Under the pieces are notes generated by a model. That model was not told the DNA's origin. It ran no database searches and saw nothing but the letters and a program-made list of their open reading frames with translations. Source: Octopus sinensis (taxonomy: Eukaryota). Taken from it: a DNA stretch of 64,000 bases. Location: contig NC_043007.1 in NCBI RefSeq assembly GCF_006345805.1, positions 5,022,001-5,086,000 on the forward strand. Reading direction: 5' to 3'. Position 1 is the first letter of the stretch. Each line of letters begins with the position of its first letter. A program made the translations under genes and the position numbers. Of this stretch, positions 16,201-28,763 are shown piece by piece.

Positions 16201-17939
16201 AGAAGCAAATGTTCCACCGAGAGCCTTGAAGGAGGAAGAAAAGAAAAAGAAAAGGAAATTAGAGATAATTTGCATTTTTAGATAGAAATATGGATCTTAA
16301 TTATTATTGGTTTCAAATTTTGGCACAAGGCCAGCAATCTTAGGGGAGGGGTTAAATTAATTACAATCACCCCAATGCAGCGTGGAAGGTGTTTATAAGC
16401 CATTTCAGAAACACACAAAAACCATTAGATTCACTTCAACATTTAAATATAATTTGTCAAAATATTTTCGTTGCTTTGAGACCGTGACCTGTTCACTGAC
16501 AAAACTTCGTGCTGCATCAAAATGTTTTGACAAATTAAATTTAAATGTTGAAGTGAATCTAATGGTTTCTTAAATGGCTTATAAACATCTTCCACGCTGC
16601 AATTGTTTTCGTTCCAGCACACGATCTCAGATCAAGTCACTCGCTATGCAAGTGCATCTCCGTAATGACCCCAATGTTTAACTGGTACTTAATTTATCAA
16701 CCTCAAAAGGATGAAAGGCAAAGCTGAACTTGTCAGAACTCTGTAGATGGATGAAATGCCACTACGCATTCTGCCCCAGCGTGCTAACAATCCTATCTGC
16801 TCACCCCCTTCATCTTAACTAAGAGTTTTTGACATCATAAAATCTGATTTTTATAAACTTTTGAGTAAACATGAAATAATTGTGTTTTGGAACAATGGAT
16901 CTTGAAACACACATAAAGACATAAATGGTAGCATTAAATACTGGGTTGAAATCCCTTTTGGATAAGAGAAATTCATGGCTGCCTATTGAAAAAGTGTTTT
17001 TCAACCTAATATTTCCATGTTACGTTTTTATTGCTATCGTTTAACGTCTGCTTTCCATGCTAGCATGGGTTGGACGATTTTGACTGAGGGCTGGCGAACC
17101 AGACGGCCGCACCAGGCCCCAATCTTGATCTGGCAGAGTTTCTACAGCTGGATGCCCTTCCTAACGACAACGACTCCGAGAGTGTAGTGTGTGCTTTTTA
17201 TGTGCCACCGGCATGGTGTCAGTCAGGCGGTACTGGCAATGACCTTGCTCGAATCTTTTTACACATGCCACCGGCACAGGTGCCACTAAGGCGATGCTGG
17301 TAATGATCACGCTCAAATGGTGCCCTTTTATGTGCCACCGGTACGGAGCTAGTTGGCTGCTCTGGCAACGATCACGCTCGGATGGTGCTCTTGGTACCCT
17401 ACTAGCACGGGCACAAGTGCCAGTAAGGTAACAATCACAGCTGTTGCATAATTTAGTTGCAATCCTTCTTGGTTTGATTTCAAATCCCACAGAGGTCACT
17501 GTAATGGGAGATTACACAAAATTGATTTCTAACATGCACAAGTCCCTAACTTTGAAAGAAAGGGTATATGGTCCCTTATAACGATCCCAATACTTGATTA
17601 GTAACAATAATTTGTAGAATTCAACCTCTGAAGAAACTTGAAACCAGAATGTAGAAATGTAAGAAATTATTTGCAAAACATAGTCAGTGGTTGTGCTGTT
17701 TATTGTCACCTGTCTTCATTTGTAAGCTTTTATTGTTGACACTTACCTGTCCACCCATTAAGGCATTGATGTATTTCGTTGGCATTATACTGGCGAAACC
17801 AAGGGCCGTGGCATTCAATACAGCAGATGATCCTGGTAAATAAACAGCAATGATAATGATTAGGTATACTAAAAGGGGAAAAATTATCCATATGTAAAGA
17901 TCTGAAAATAGAGATAACATGAGTGAGGGGCGAAAAAGT

Positions 17940-17978
<39 letters not shown>

Positions 17979-20900
17979 TGATGATGATGATGCTGATGAC
18001 AATGACGACAACATGATGACAGTGGGTAACCTATTTGGAATTGAAAAAGATCTCTATGACAGTGAAAGCTGAAAAACATGACTATGTAGAACAAGAGGGA
18101 ACGAAACAAGAAAGAGTAATAGCTGTGTGAAAAAGTGTCACAGCCTAGCAGTTGCGGGAAACTGTGGAAGAGGTAGACCCAGGAAGACCTGGGATGAGGT
18201 GGTGAAGCATGACCATCAAACATTACGCCTCACTGAGGCAATGACTAATGACCGAGACCTTTAGAATTATGCTGTGGTTGAGAAGACCCGGCAAGCCAAG
18301 TGAGACCATAACCCGTGGCCTATGCCAGGGATGTAACCAGCCCACTTATGTGTTCCTTTCCTTCTTTGGACACTAAACTCTGCTTGCAAAGACCTGTTGA
18401 GGCAAGTGAAATCGAAATCAAATTCAATGACAACACTGCATGACTGGCATCCGTGCTAGTGGAGCGCTAAGAGCACCATCCGAGCGTGATCGTTAGCAGG
18501 GCCGCTGACTGGCTCCCATCCCAGTGGCACGTAAAAAGCATCATTTGAGCATGATCATTACCAGTGATGCTTTACTGGCACCTGTGCTGGTGGCATGTGA
18601 AAAACAACATTTGAGCGAAGTTGTTGCCAGTGCCACTGGACTGGCTCCTGTGCAGGTGACACATAAAAAATACCATTTGAGTGTGGCTGTTGCCAGTACC
18701 GCCTGATCAGCCCTCATGCTAGCTTCTTCTCTCCTTTCCCAGTTGGGCCAACAGCAAGTTATTGTCTCTCTGTTATCCACTTGCCTTTCAACACCTGGCA
18801 TAAAGCCATCTCCCTCAGTCGAGGGACCATGTCTTAAAAGTTACTTGGCAACTGCACTAGTGTTGGTGATACGAGAAAACATCCAGCACACTCTGTAAGA
18901 TGGTTGCGATTGGGAAGGGCATCCAACCATAGAAACAATACCAAAAACAGACAATAGGAGCTTGCTACAGTCCTTTGGATGGTTGGATTTTGTCAAACCA
19001 TCCAATCCATACCAGCATGGAATGCAGATGCTAAATGTTGAAGGTGGTGGTGATGATGATGATGATGATATAAAGCTAGCTCGTTTTCCCACAGATAAAC
19101 AAACATGAGATAACAAAAAAATACTCACCACTTAGAAATATTATTGTCAAGAGAACAATGACGAAAAATGCAGTTTGATCTAGAATAGAAAATGGAGGAG
19201 AAAAAAAAAGACAAAATTATTAATTTAAAATATGCTCTTTATCTACAGAAACTGAATGTGGGAACCTCTAGAATATGAGTCATGAGCAAGTACCAGCTTG
19301 CAGGACTTTCTGAATGGCATACCTAATGGAAAATCACCTTTTAGTAGTGTGGGCCATGTCTCATGTGGTCCACTTCTCAAACAAGAAAGTGTGCATGCCT
19401 GCTCTAAATGGTTGCTCTTGCAAGAAATAGCATCCAAATCTCCCACATATCACACCCTACTGATAAGGCTCGAAAGAAATGAAGCTGGATGTGTAATGTC
19501 AGTGTGCACACACGACTGAGTGTAAGCGCCCTGAGAGAAATGGTAGACATAAGAAGCATCAGATGTGGAATGCAAGAGAGATGTCGGCGTTGGTATGGTC
19601 ATGTACTGCGGATGACGAGGAGAGTTGTGTGAAGAAGTGTCACTCCTTAACAGTGGAAGGAACCTGTGGAAGAGGGAGCCCAGGAAGACATGGGATGAGG
19701 TGGTGAAGCTTGACCTTCGAATGTTGGGCTTCTCAGAGGTAATGACAGAAGACCAAGACCTCAGGCGATATGATGTGACTGAGAAGACCCGGCCAATAAA
19801 GTGAGTCCACAGCTGTAACCTACACCTGTGTCACATAACCAGCCCACTCAAAAGTACCTTGGATTGTAGGGTGACATGCCGTGCTTGAGGAGATCTATTG
19901 GGTCAAGTACATCAACATCAACAGCAATATCAAAATCAAATCAAATGGAAATTGTAGTTGTGAGCCCCCTGCCAGTAACACATAAAAAGCACCATCCGCA
20001 TGTGGCTGATGCCAGAGCCGCCTTGACTGGCTTCTGTACCGTTGGCATGTAAAAAGCACCATCGATTGTGGTCAATGCCAGCTCCTCTGGCCCTTTGTGC
20101 CAGTGGCATGTAAAAAGTTCCCACTACACTCTCAGTGTGGTTGGCATTAGGAAGGGCATCCAGCTGTAGAAACACTGCCAGATCAGATTGGGACCTGGTG
20201 CAGCCTCCTGGCTTCCCAGACTCCAGTCAAACCTTCCAACCCATGCCAGCATGGAAAACGGACGTAAAACGATAATGATAATGATGATGATTAGATCAAT
20301 AACTAATTTGTCTATCTATTTGTCCCTTTTGCCACTACACTTAGTGACGAGAACAGACGAAAAGTGGCTGACATTTAGAGACATTTAAGAGAATGATTTT
20401 GAAAGACATTAATGTCACAAGATAAACAGACAGATTGGAAGCTAGCTAGAGAGAGAGAGAGAGAGAGAGAGAGGGGGAGATGGTTGACACATTTCTGGAG
20501 TGTAAGTCTTCTTTATATATATATATATATATATATATATTTTTTACTTTACAATAGGTTCATTTAAAAAGCTTGCTTCCCAACCATGTGGTTTTGGGTT
20601 CATCCTTGAGAATGTATCTGGCAAACAGAAACTGAACGAAGCCTGTCACAATATCATCATCATAATCATTTTAACACCCACTTTTCTATGCTTGCACCTG
20701 TCAGATGAAGTTTCAGGTAGATTTTCTACAATCAGATGCCCATTGTGTTGCCAATCCTCACCTGTCACTTAGTAAATGTAAATGGAATACAGATCCCAGG
20801 TAAATTACCCTGCAAGACAGGTAAAATACAAATATCCTTTGCAGAGTTATGAGAAATTCAGAGTTTTTGAATTTCACTAATTTTGGGTAGCCTTGATAAT

Positions 20901-23900
20901 GTTGTGTTAACATATATTTTCAAGGATATTAATATTAATTTTAACGTTTTTTAGATATATATGCATATGAGCGTATATATATATATATTTTTTTTTCTCT
21001 CCTTGTTTTTTTCTGTGTCCCTTTCTGTAGAAGAGCGTAGGCTCGAAACGTAAAAGACTTTTTCTATTCCTGAGCGTTATACTAATACATTTGTTTGTTT
21101 GTACTCCACCTGCCTTCGTCTTTTGTTTATTTTCGTAAACTTTCCTTTTATATATATATATATATATATATGCAATAGAAACAATTGTCAGCTTTATAAG
21201 GTGAGATCTATAATCTATATATATATAAAACAAAGGATGTCTGTGTGTGTAATATGCATTTCTAGTTTTCAATTGATTTTCACCAAACTTTACACACACA
21301 TTACTTATATGCCATGGATGGTCATGCACTATAACATTTTGCTTAGAGCTCCCAATTAATGTGGCAAATTGACCAAGAAAAAAATTTCCGTACATGGGTT
21401 TTTCTCAAAAACAAAAAAAAAAGCTGTTTTACAGTCAAATTCTCTCTCTTCGACTTCTGCAGTTTTCAAGCGATTCTCTCCCTTCGACTGTTGTACTTTT
21501 CAAGCAATCATCCCACTTTTTTTTCTCTCTCTCTCTCTATTTATCTCTAATTCTGTTTCTCACTTTCACATATAGATATCTGTTTCTTTCACTCTCTCTC
21601 TCCCTCTGAAAATTGACTTCAGTGTTATTTCATATTTGTCTTCACTGTTTGTACGTCACATTATTTATTTTAAATTTTCTCCACTCAGGCTCCAGTGTCT
21701 GCTTCGGTATGATTATTGTGGTTGTTCCTAATGCCAACCACTTTACAGAATGTATTGAGAGCTTTTTCCATACCAGCAGCCCTAATGATGTCATCGTGCA
21801 CCTTGCATGATGACATCATATGACCCCTGACTGAGAAGCTTTGTGCTAGATGAGGGATAAACGGATGAGAAAAGGGGGAAGAGCAGAACATGTTTTATTG
21901 CTGTAAAGGAGTCACATTTTAAAAAAGAGGGTGTGTGTGTGTGATGGGTTTCTGTAGTTTGCCTCTACCAGGTATGGGTCAACTTGAGGCTATAAAACAA
22001 AATACTTGCTCTGTGTGTCATGCAATGGTGTTGAAGCTAAAACCCGCACAAGCTTTTGGATGTAGGAGAAAAAAAAACATTAGAAGAAGCTTCTTTTTTT
22101 TATAAAAAAAAATTTATTGATACTTACAAGAGTTTGTATTGACCTTCACAAAACTTACAGTCAGCCCAAGCAGTAGCATTATCGATACGAATGACGTAGT
22201 GAAGCGGGTCTTCATGCCAACACTGAAAAAGAAGAGAAGAAAATACTTTATTATTATTATCCCCAATGCCACCATCATGATCATCTTTATTACCTATTTC
22301 TTTGTTACTCACAAGGGGCTAAACACAGAGGGGACAAACAAGGACAGGCAAACGGATTAAGTTGATTATATTGACCCCAGTGTGTAACTGGTACTTAATT
22401 TATTGACCCCGAAAGATGAAAGGCAAAGTCGACCTCGGCAGAATTTGAACTCAGAATGTAATGGCAGACGAAATACCACTAAGCATTTCGCCTGGTGTGC
22501 TAACGGTTCTACCAGCTCACCACATCTTTATTACCATCATCATCATCATCATCATGATTATTAGCTTCACCACCACTACTACAGCAACAAGAACAATATG
22601 GTGGATTGACAGAAACTTTGGAGTTTCAGACAAAATTTTTGCAGTATTTAATTACAGCCTATTATATTCTGAGTTCGAATCCTGTTGGTCATGATTTGAA
22701 ATTCACATAAATCAACCTAGAAGTGGTTGGGAAACAACAGTCATTTTGAAGTCTCTTTGATGTGTCCATAAACTTAGGGACAAAATGGCACCTGTCTGTT
22801 GTTTCTAAATACAGTGATACCCAGCATGGCTTTCGACCAGGTAGGAGCTGCCTGACCCAGCTCTTACAACATTATGACTGGGTGTTGAGGCAGTTACTCA
22901 ACAACTCAAATGTGGACGTAATGCACCTTGATTTTGCAAAAGCTTTTGACAAAGTGGATCATGGTATGATATGCCATAAACTGCGTGACCTTGGCATAGC
23001 TGGAAAACTTGGAGTGTGGTTACATGACTTCCTGAAAGATAGGAGTCAGGCAGTATTGGTTAATGGAGCCACCTCTATGAACACACAAATGCCCGGATAG
23101 CCACTCTGGCAAGCTATGCAGACAATATGAAAGTCTCGCAGAAAATACAGAACCCCAGCGATGTTGCACACCTGCAGCAGGAGTTGGACTCAATCTACAG
23201 ATGGGCTGAGGATAATAATATGCAGTTTAATGCTGAAAAATTCCAGGCCCTGTGCTACCAGCATCCAAAACTGAATATTAAACTTACAGGATACACCGGT
23301 CCACAGGGAATTTCAATTCCAGAGCCTAAGTCTGTGAGGGACCTGGGTATCGACATGCATGATGATACCTCTTTCCAAGTGCACATTGCCAGGATGGCGA
23401 CAAAGTGCAGACGACTGGCTGGGTGAATCCTAAGAACATTCAGAACCAGAGATAAGGAAACCATGATGGTCCTCTGGCGGACATTCGTCCTCAGCCACCT
23501 GAATTACTGCTCACAGCTATGGTCACCCACCAGTGTGAAATTAACAGCGGACCTTGAAGCAATCCAGAGAAGATTCACAAAGAAGATCGTCTCTTTGCAA
23601 CAGCTCAGCTACTGAGAAAGGTTGAAACAGCTAAGACTCTACTTCCTGGAGAGAAGACGGGAGAGGTATGCTGGACCTTTTCCTATCGAGAGTCCCAGAT
23701 GAACCTACCTCACGGCAAGAGGTGCAAATGAGGGTAGCTATATCAAACTCCATTCTTCACCAAGTGCCACATATTAGAAGAGGCTCTCAGTAATAACTGT
23801 AGCAAAACGGTGGTGCACCAGCATGGCCACAGCTCTGAGCTGAAACTACAGAAAAAAAAAAAAAACCAGTATTTTCTGCAAGTAATATTGCCTCAATAAA

Positions 23901-26900
23901 CTTGACATATCTCAACAGAAAATAGTTTCAAAAGTAACATTCCTCAACAAAAGACAGATTGGTGTAGAGAACTGCGTTTTGCATTGTAGATTAATGAAAT
24001 TTTGAGAAGTTTTGTTTGATTTCTGCACTAAAAAGATTAAATACAGTTGTCAGGTACATGATAACAAACTTCAGGTGAAGTATATTCAAATTATCATGAC
24101 TAGTATCAATTTTGGTGCCAGAGATATGATAAATGGTTCTGGTATAAACTTACCTATTTCTTTACTATCCACAAGGTGCTAAACACAGAGGGGACAAACA
24201 AGGACAGACAAACGGATTAAGTCAATTACATCGACCCCAGTGCGTAACTGGTACTTAATTTATCGACCCCGAAAGGATGGAAGGCAAAGTCGACCTGGGC
24301 AGAATTTGAACTCAGAACGTAACGGCAGACAAAATACAGCTACGCATTTCGCCCGGCGTGCTAACGTTTCTGCCAGCTCACTGCCTTTTGGTATAAACTT
24401 ACCGTTTTACAATTATTACCACAATTATATTACAGAGGACGTTTGAGACTGTTGCTGAAACAGCAAGGGAACTTTCAAAGTACTGTTGCAATGGTGTAAC
24501 ATCTGACATGTTGCCGGGCAGTGTTGTGTTTCTTAACTTGAAGTGAAAATACTGCAAAATTCAAAGAGAAATAGAATCGTTAAAAAGTTGCCATTGTTAA
24601 GGCAAAGATAAGTCAGGCAATTTATAAGAATTTACCTTAAAAGCACATTTTAAGATAAACCCTTGTAATAATAATAATAATAATGTAGCTACTATTTTAC
24701 CGTTCATTATTCACTCATACAAACATGGTTTGGACTGGTGCACACTGTATGTTTGCTGTTGTAAAGTTTATTAAGAATGGTGAATGAAGGAGATTTTTCT
24801 GCTGCATCTTTTAGCCGTGAAATAAACTTCTAAACCATAGAACTGTACTCACACAACATGTTTGGCCATGGATTATATGAAACCCAGTACCTCTTACTAC
24901 GGACATGACCAAGCATTCAAACGTCCCACTCCTGTCAGCATGGAAGGTGGGCATTAAACAATGACAATGATGATTGTATCAATTATTTCAGTCAAAACAC
25001 ACTCTTTCCATTCCCAAACAACCCCTCTGGAATCCACCCCCTGCCCATCCTTTTCCTGAAGTTGTCAAACTTTGCTTAACCCATTTGGTACCAACCTGTC
25101 TAAAACCACCTCTGGCTCTGAGTACAAATGTCTTGTTTTCAAAAGTTCTGAATTAAAATCTTCCACCAAACCTTAGTCACAATTTATGCTCCTAATAATA
25201 GCTTAGTGATAACTAAGTTATTTTACTAAATTCTTTGTTATATTCAAAATGAATTGAAAGAAACACAGAGCATCTCGAAATAAATACAGTAACAAACGGG
25301 TTAAAGAGCCTGCAGAAGCTGTGAATACAACCGTTTCCTCCAGACCAAAACCTTAAAAATTAAATGCAGTTTCTAGCTGTCCTTAATCTACCTGAAAGAC
25401 CTGAAAGACAAACAGTACTACTAGCAGTACTCCTGCTGAGGAGGTTAGCAGAAAAAATATTTATTCTAACAGTATAAATGCACACATATTCTCAACCCCA
25501 CAATTAAGGGTTAGGGACCTCACACACAACCTGTTCATTGTGTCTTCAAGATCTCTTCAGGATGAACAGGTTAGTGGGCTTCAAGTTCTCATTTGGCATA
25601 ATTTGCTGTCAGGGTTGACTAACTCAGCCTTTAACTCTTCACCATTAGTAAGGGTTGCCCCTTTTCTTAGTTCGGTTTTCTGTTAAGGTTGCTAAATCAA
25701 AATTGCCTGGAACAGTTTGAATGGGAAATGAAGCCCAACCCCCACATATTCGCCATACATTGCTCCATCTGATTATCATTTATTCCGCAGTCTTCCAAAT
25801 CATTTGGAAGGAAAAAAATATGAATTCTGTAGTTAAGATCGGAACAGAACTGGAGGAGTATTTTATGTCACAGACAAGAGAATATTGGAAGTGGTTTCTT
25901 GCAAGTCTACCAGGTAGATGGAAGAGCATTGCAGAAAACAAAGGAGAGTATATTTTAGATTCAAAAAGAACTTTATTTATCTTTATAAGCCTTTTAAGAA
26001 ACACACAAAAACCGTTAGATCCACTTCAACATTTAAGTTTAATTTGTCAAAATATTTTCGTCACTTTGAGACGGTGACCTGTTCACTGACAAAACTTCGT
26101 GCAGCACAAAGTTTTGACACAAATTAAATTTAAATGTTGAAGTGAATCTAATGGTTTTTGTGTGTTTCTTAAATGGCTTATAAACATCTTCCATGCTGTA
26201 ATTGTTATCGTTCCAGCACACAATCTCAGATCAGGTCACTTGCTATGCAAGTACATCTCTGTAATTTATTTATCTTAATTTTAAAAAAAAACACATTATT
26301 TATGGGATGACCAAATAGAAAGGATTACTAAAGCAGGTGTTTGGAAAATAAATTAGCAAGAGGTTTGAATTGCTTTAACCAGGAAGTTTGTCTGAGAGAA
26401 CTGGATGTGGCATCAGGTACATTGGTAACGAAAGGGTTAAATATACTGCTAAGTGGATAAGCAGTCAGGATTACCAGACAAAAGAACTAATGGCTTTTAC
26501 AATGTCACTAAGTACAGAGATGCACATGGTCCTGTTCCTGTATTATTTAGACTCAGCAATTACAGTATACAGGAATCTCTCTATATATAAATGGCAAAAT
26601 GTCTGTGTGTGTGTCCTTTATACAAATCCACAATTTTTCAGTTAGAGGGCTCGTACTTTCTATGGTCATTCAAAACCATCCAAGGGTGGTCGTGCATATC
26701 TTTACATTTCCCCAGTCACCCCGCAAAGCCATTAAAAAATCAATAGAAGTGACATTTTTGTGAATTTTCTATCCAAAACCCAATCAAAATGCCCGAAACG
26801 TGATACGCCAATTGAATGCCAGCTAGCTGCATGTGATTGGTCGGAGATTTGGACAGTACTCGTGTGTATGTGTGCACGCATGCAGCTGTATATGCATGCA

Positions 26901-28724
26901 CTAGCACTATGACCCGGCAACGCTGGGTCATAGTGCTAGTATTGTATAATTAATGAGTTTTTCATTAGCTTACATTACTGAATTTGAGTTGGAACACTGC
27001 TATGCACATGCACACACACACACACTCGCTCGCTCGCTCACCCACCCCTGATTAAAAACATACTCAAGAGATTATATGAAACTAAGTATAAAGTGTGAAA
27101 TCCTGGCAACAACAACAACAGTGACAATAGCAACAAACAAACAAACAAACCAACCTTTTCTCCTGTGATAAAAAAGTTCCATGGCAAGAGAGTGGTAACC
27201 CCTAACAAATAAGTTATTATATAAACCAAATGATATCTGAAAAAAAGATGATAAAAAAAGGAAATTACCAGATTAATGTGAGAGACAGAGAAAACAATAT
27301 AATACAAAAAGAAAAAAACCACAAAAATAAACATACACTTGCACAAGTATGTTCTTTCTTTTATTCTTTTACTTGTTTCGATTATTAGACTGTGGCCATG
27401 CTGGGGCAGTACTGCCTTGAAGACTCTTTAGTCGAATGAACTGATCCCAGGACTTATTTCAGTCTCTTTTGCCAAACCGCTAAGTTAGAGGGACACATAT
27501 AAAACCAACACTGGTTGTCAAGCAGAGGTGGGGGACAAACACAGACACAAAGACTCCCCTCACCATATATATATATATATATAATATATATATATCAATT
27601 AATTAATAATTTTACCACGTAGATCGGTTATGTTAAAATAACCTTCTTTGGTAAAATTACACTAATATTCTATAATTATAATTAGGGGTCGGCTAATTGC
27701 TTCACCACATACCAATGACGTTTCATCATGTACATATTTAACCCTAGCATTTTCAAATTTTATATCTGAAAAGCTACACTGATGATGAGAAGTAAGTAAA
27801 CACACTTTAATCTCGAAAAGTGTATGTGGCAAATTGGAGTCGTGTGGATTCATTATTTTTCTCTTTGCCTACGTAAAAAAGTGTGTTATTGTCTGAGAGA
27901 TTCTTACGGTAGTAGGAAAGGAATTTTTAACTCCTATTTCTAAATTTGGTACGTGGTGAAGCAATTAGCTGACCCCTAATTATAATTATGCTTATAATTA
28001 TAAAATGTTTGTATATATAATGGTAGAAAAGATTTGTCCAAAGTACCACACACAGGGACTGAACCCAGAATCACGTGGTTCGGAAGCAAATAATTTACCA
28101 CAAAGCCATGCCTACACCTTTCTCCAAGATGTCTCTCCAGTGAAATCACACCCAGAACAGAATCAATTGTAAAGGAAACAGCTTTACTACTACACAGACA
28201 TAACTGCATCCATGGAAGGTAAAAGTTGATCCTGGTGGAATTTGAACTTGAAACTTAAAGTCTAAAATGCCTTACATTTTATTTGCTCCATGCTCAACCA
28301 TTCTTATCATTTCCAGCTAGAAAAAATTCATTTACATAGTGAAGTTGTGATACCTGTGCCGGTGGCACATAAAAAGCACCATCCGAATGTGGCCGTTGCC
28401 AGCGCCGCCCCGACTGGCTTCTGTGCCGGTGGCACATAAAAAGCACCATCCAAACGTGGCCGTTGCCAGTGCCGCCTTGGCTGGCTTCCGTGCTGGTGGC
28501 ACGTTAAAAGCTCCGACCGATCGTGGCCGATGCTGGACCCCCCTGGCACCTGTGCAGGTGGCACATAAAAAGCACCCACTACACTCGCGGAGTGGTTGGC
28601 GTTAGGAAGGGTATCCAGCTGTAGAAACTCTGCCAGATCAGACTGGAGCCTGGTGCAGCCCCTGGCTTCCCAGACCCCGGTCGAACTGTCCAACCCGTGC
28701 TAGCATGGAAGACGGACGTTAAAC

Positions 28725-28763
<39 letters not shown>

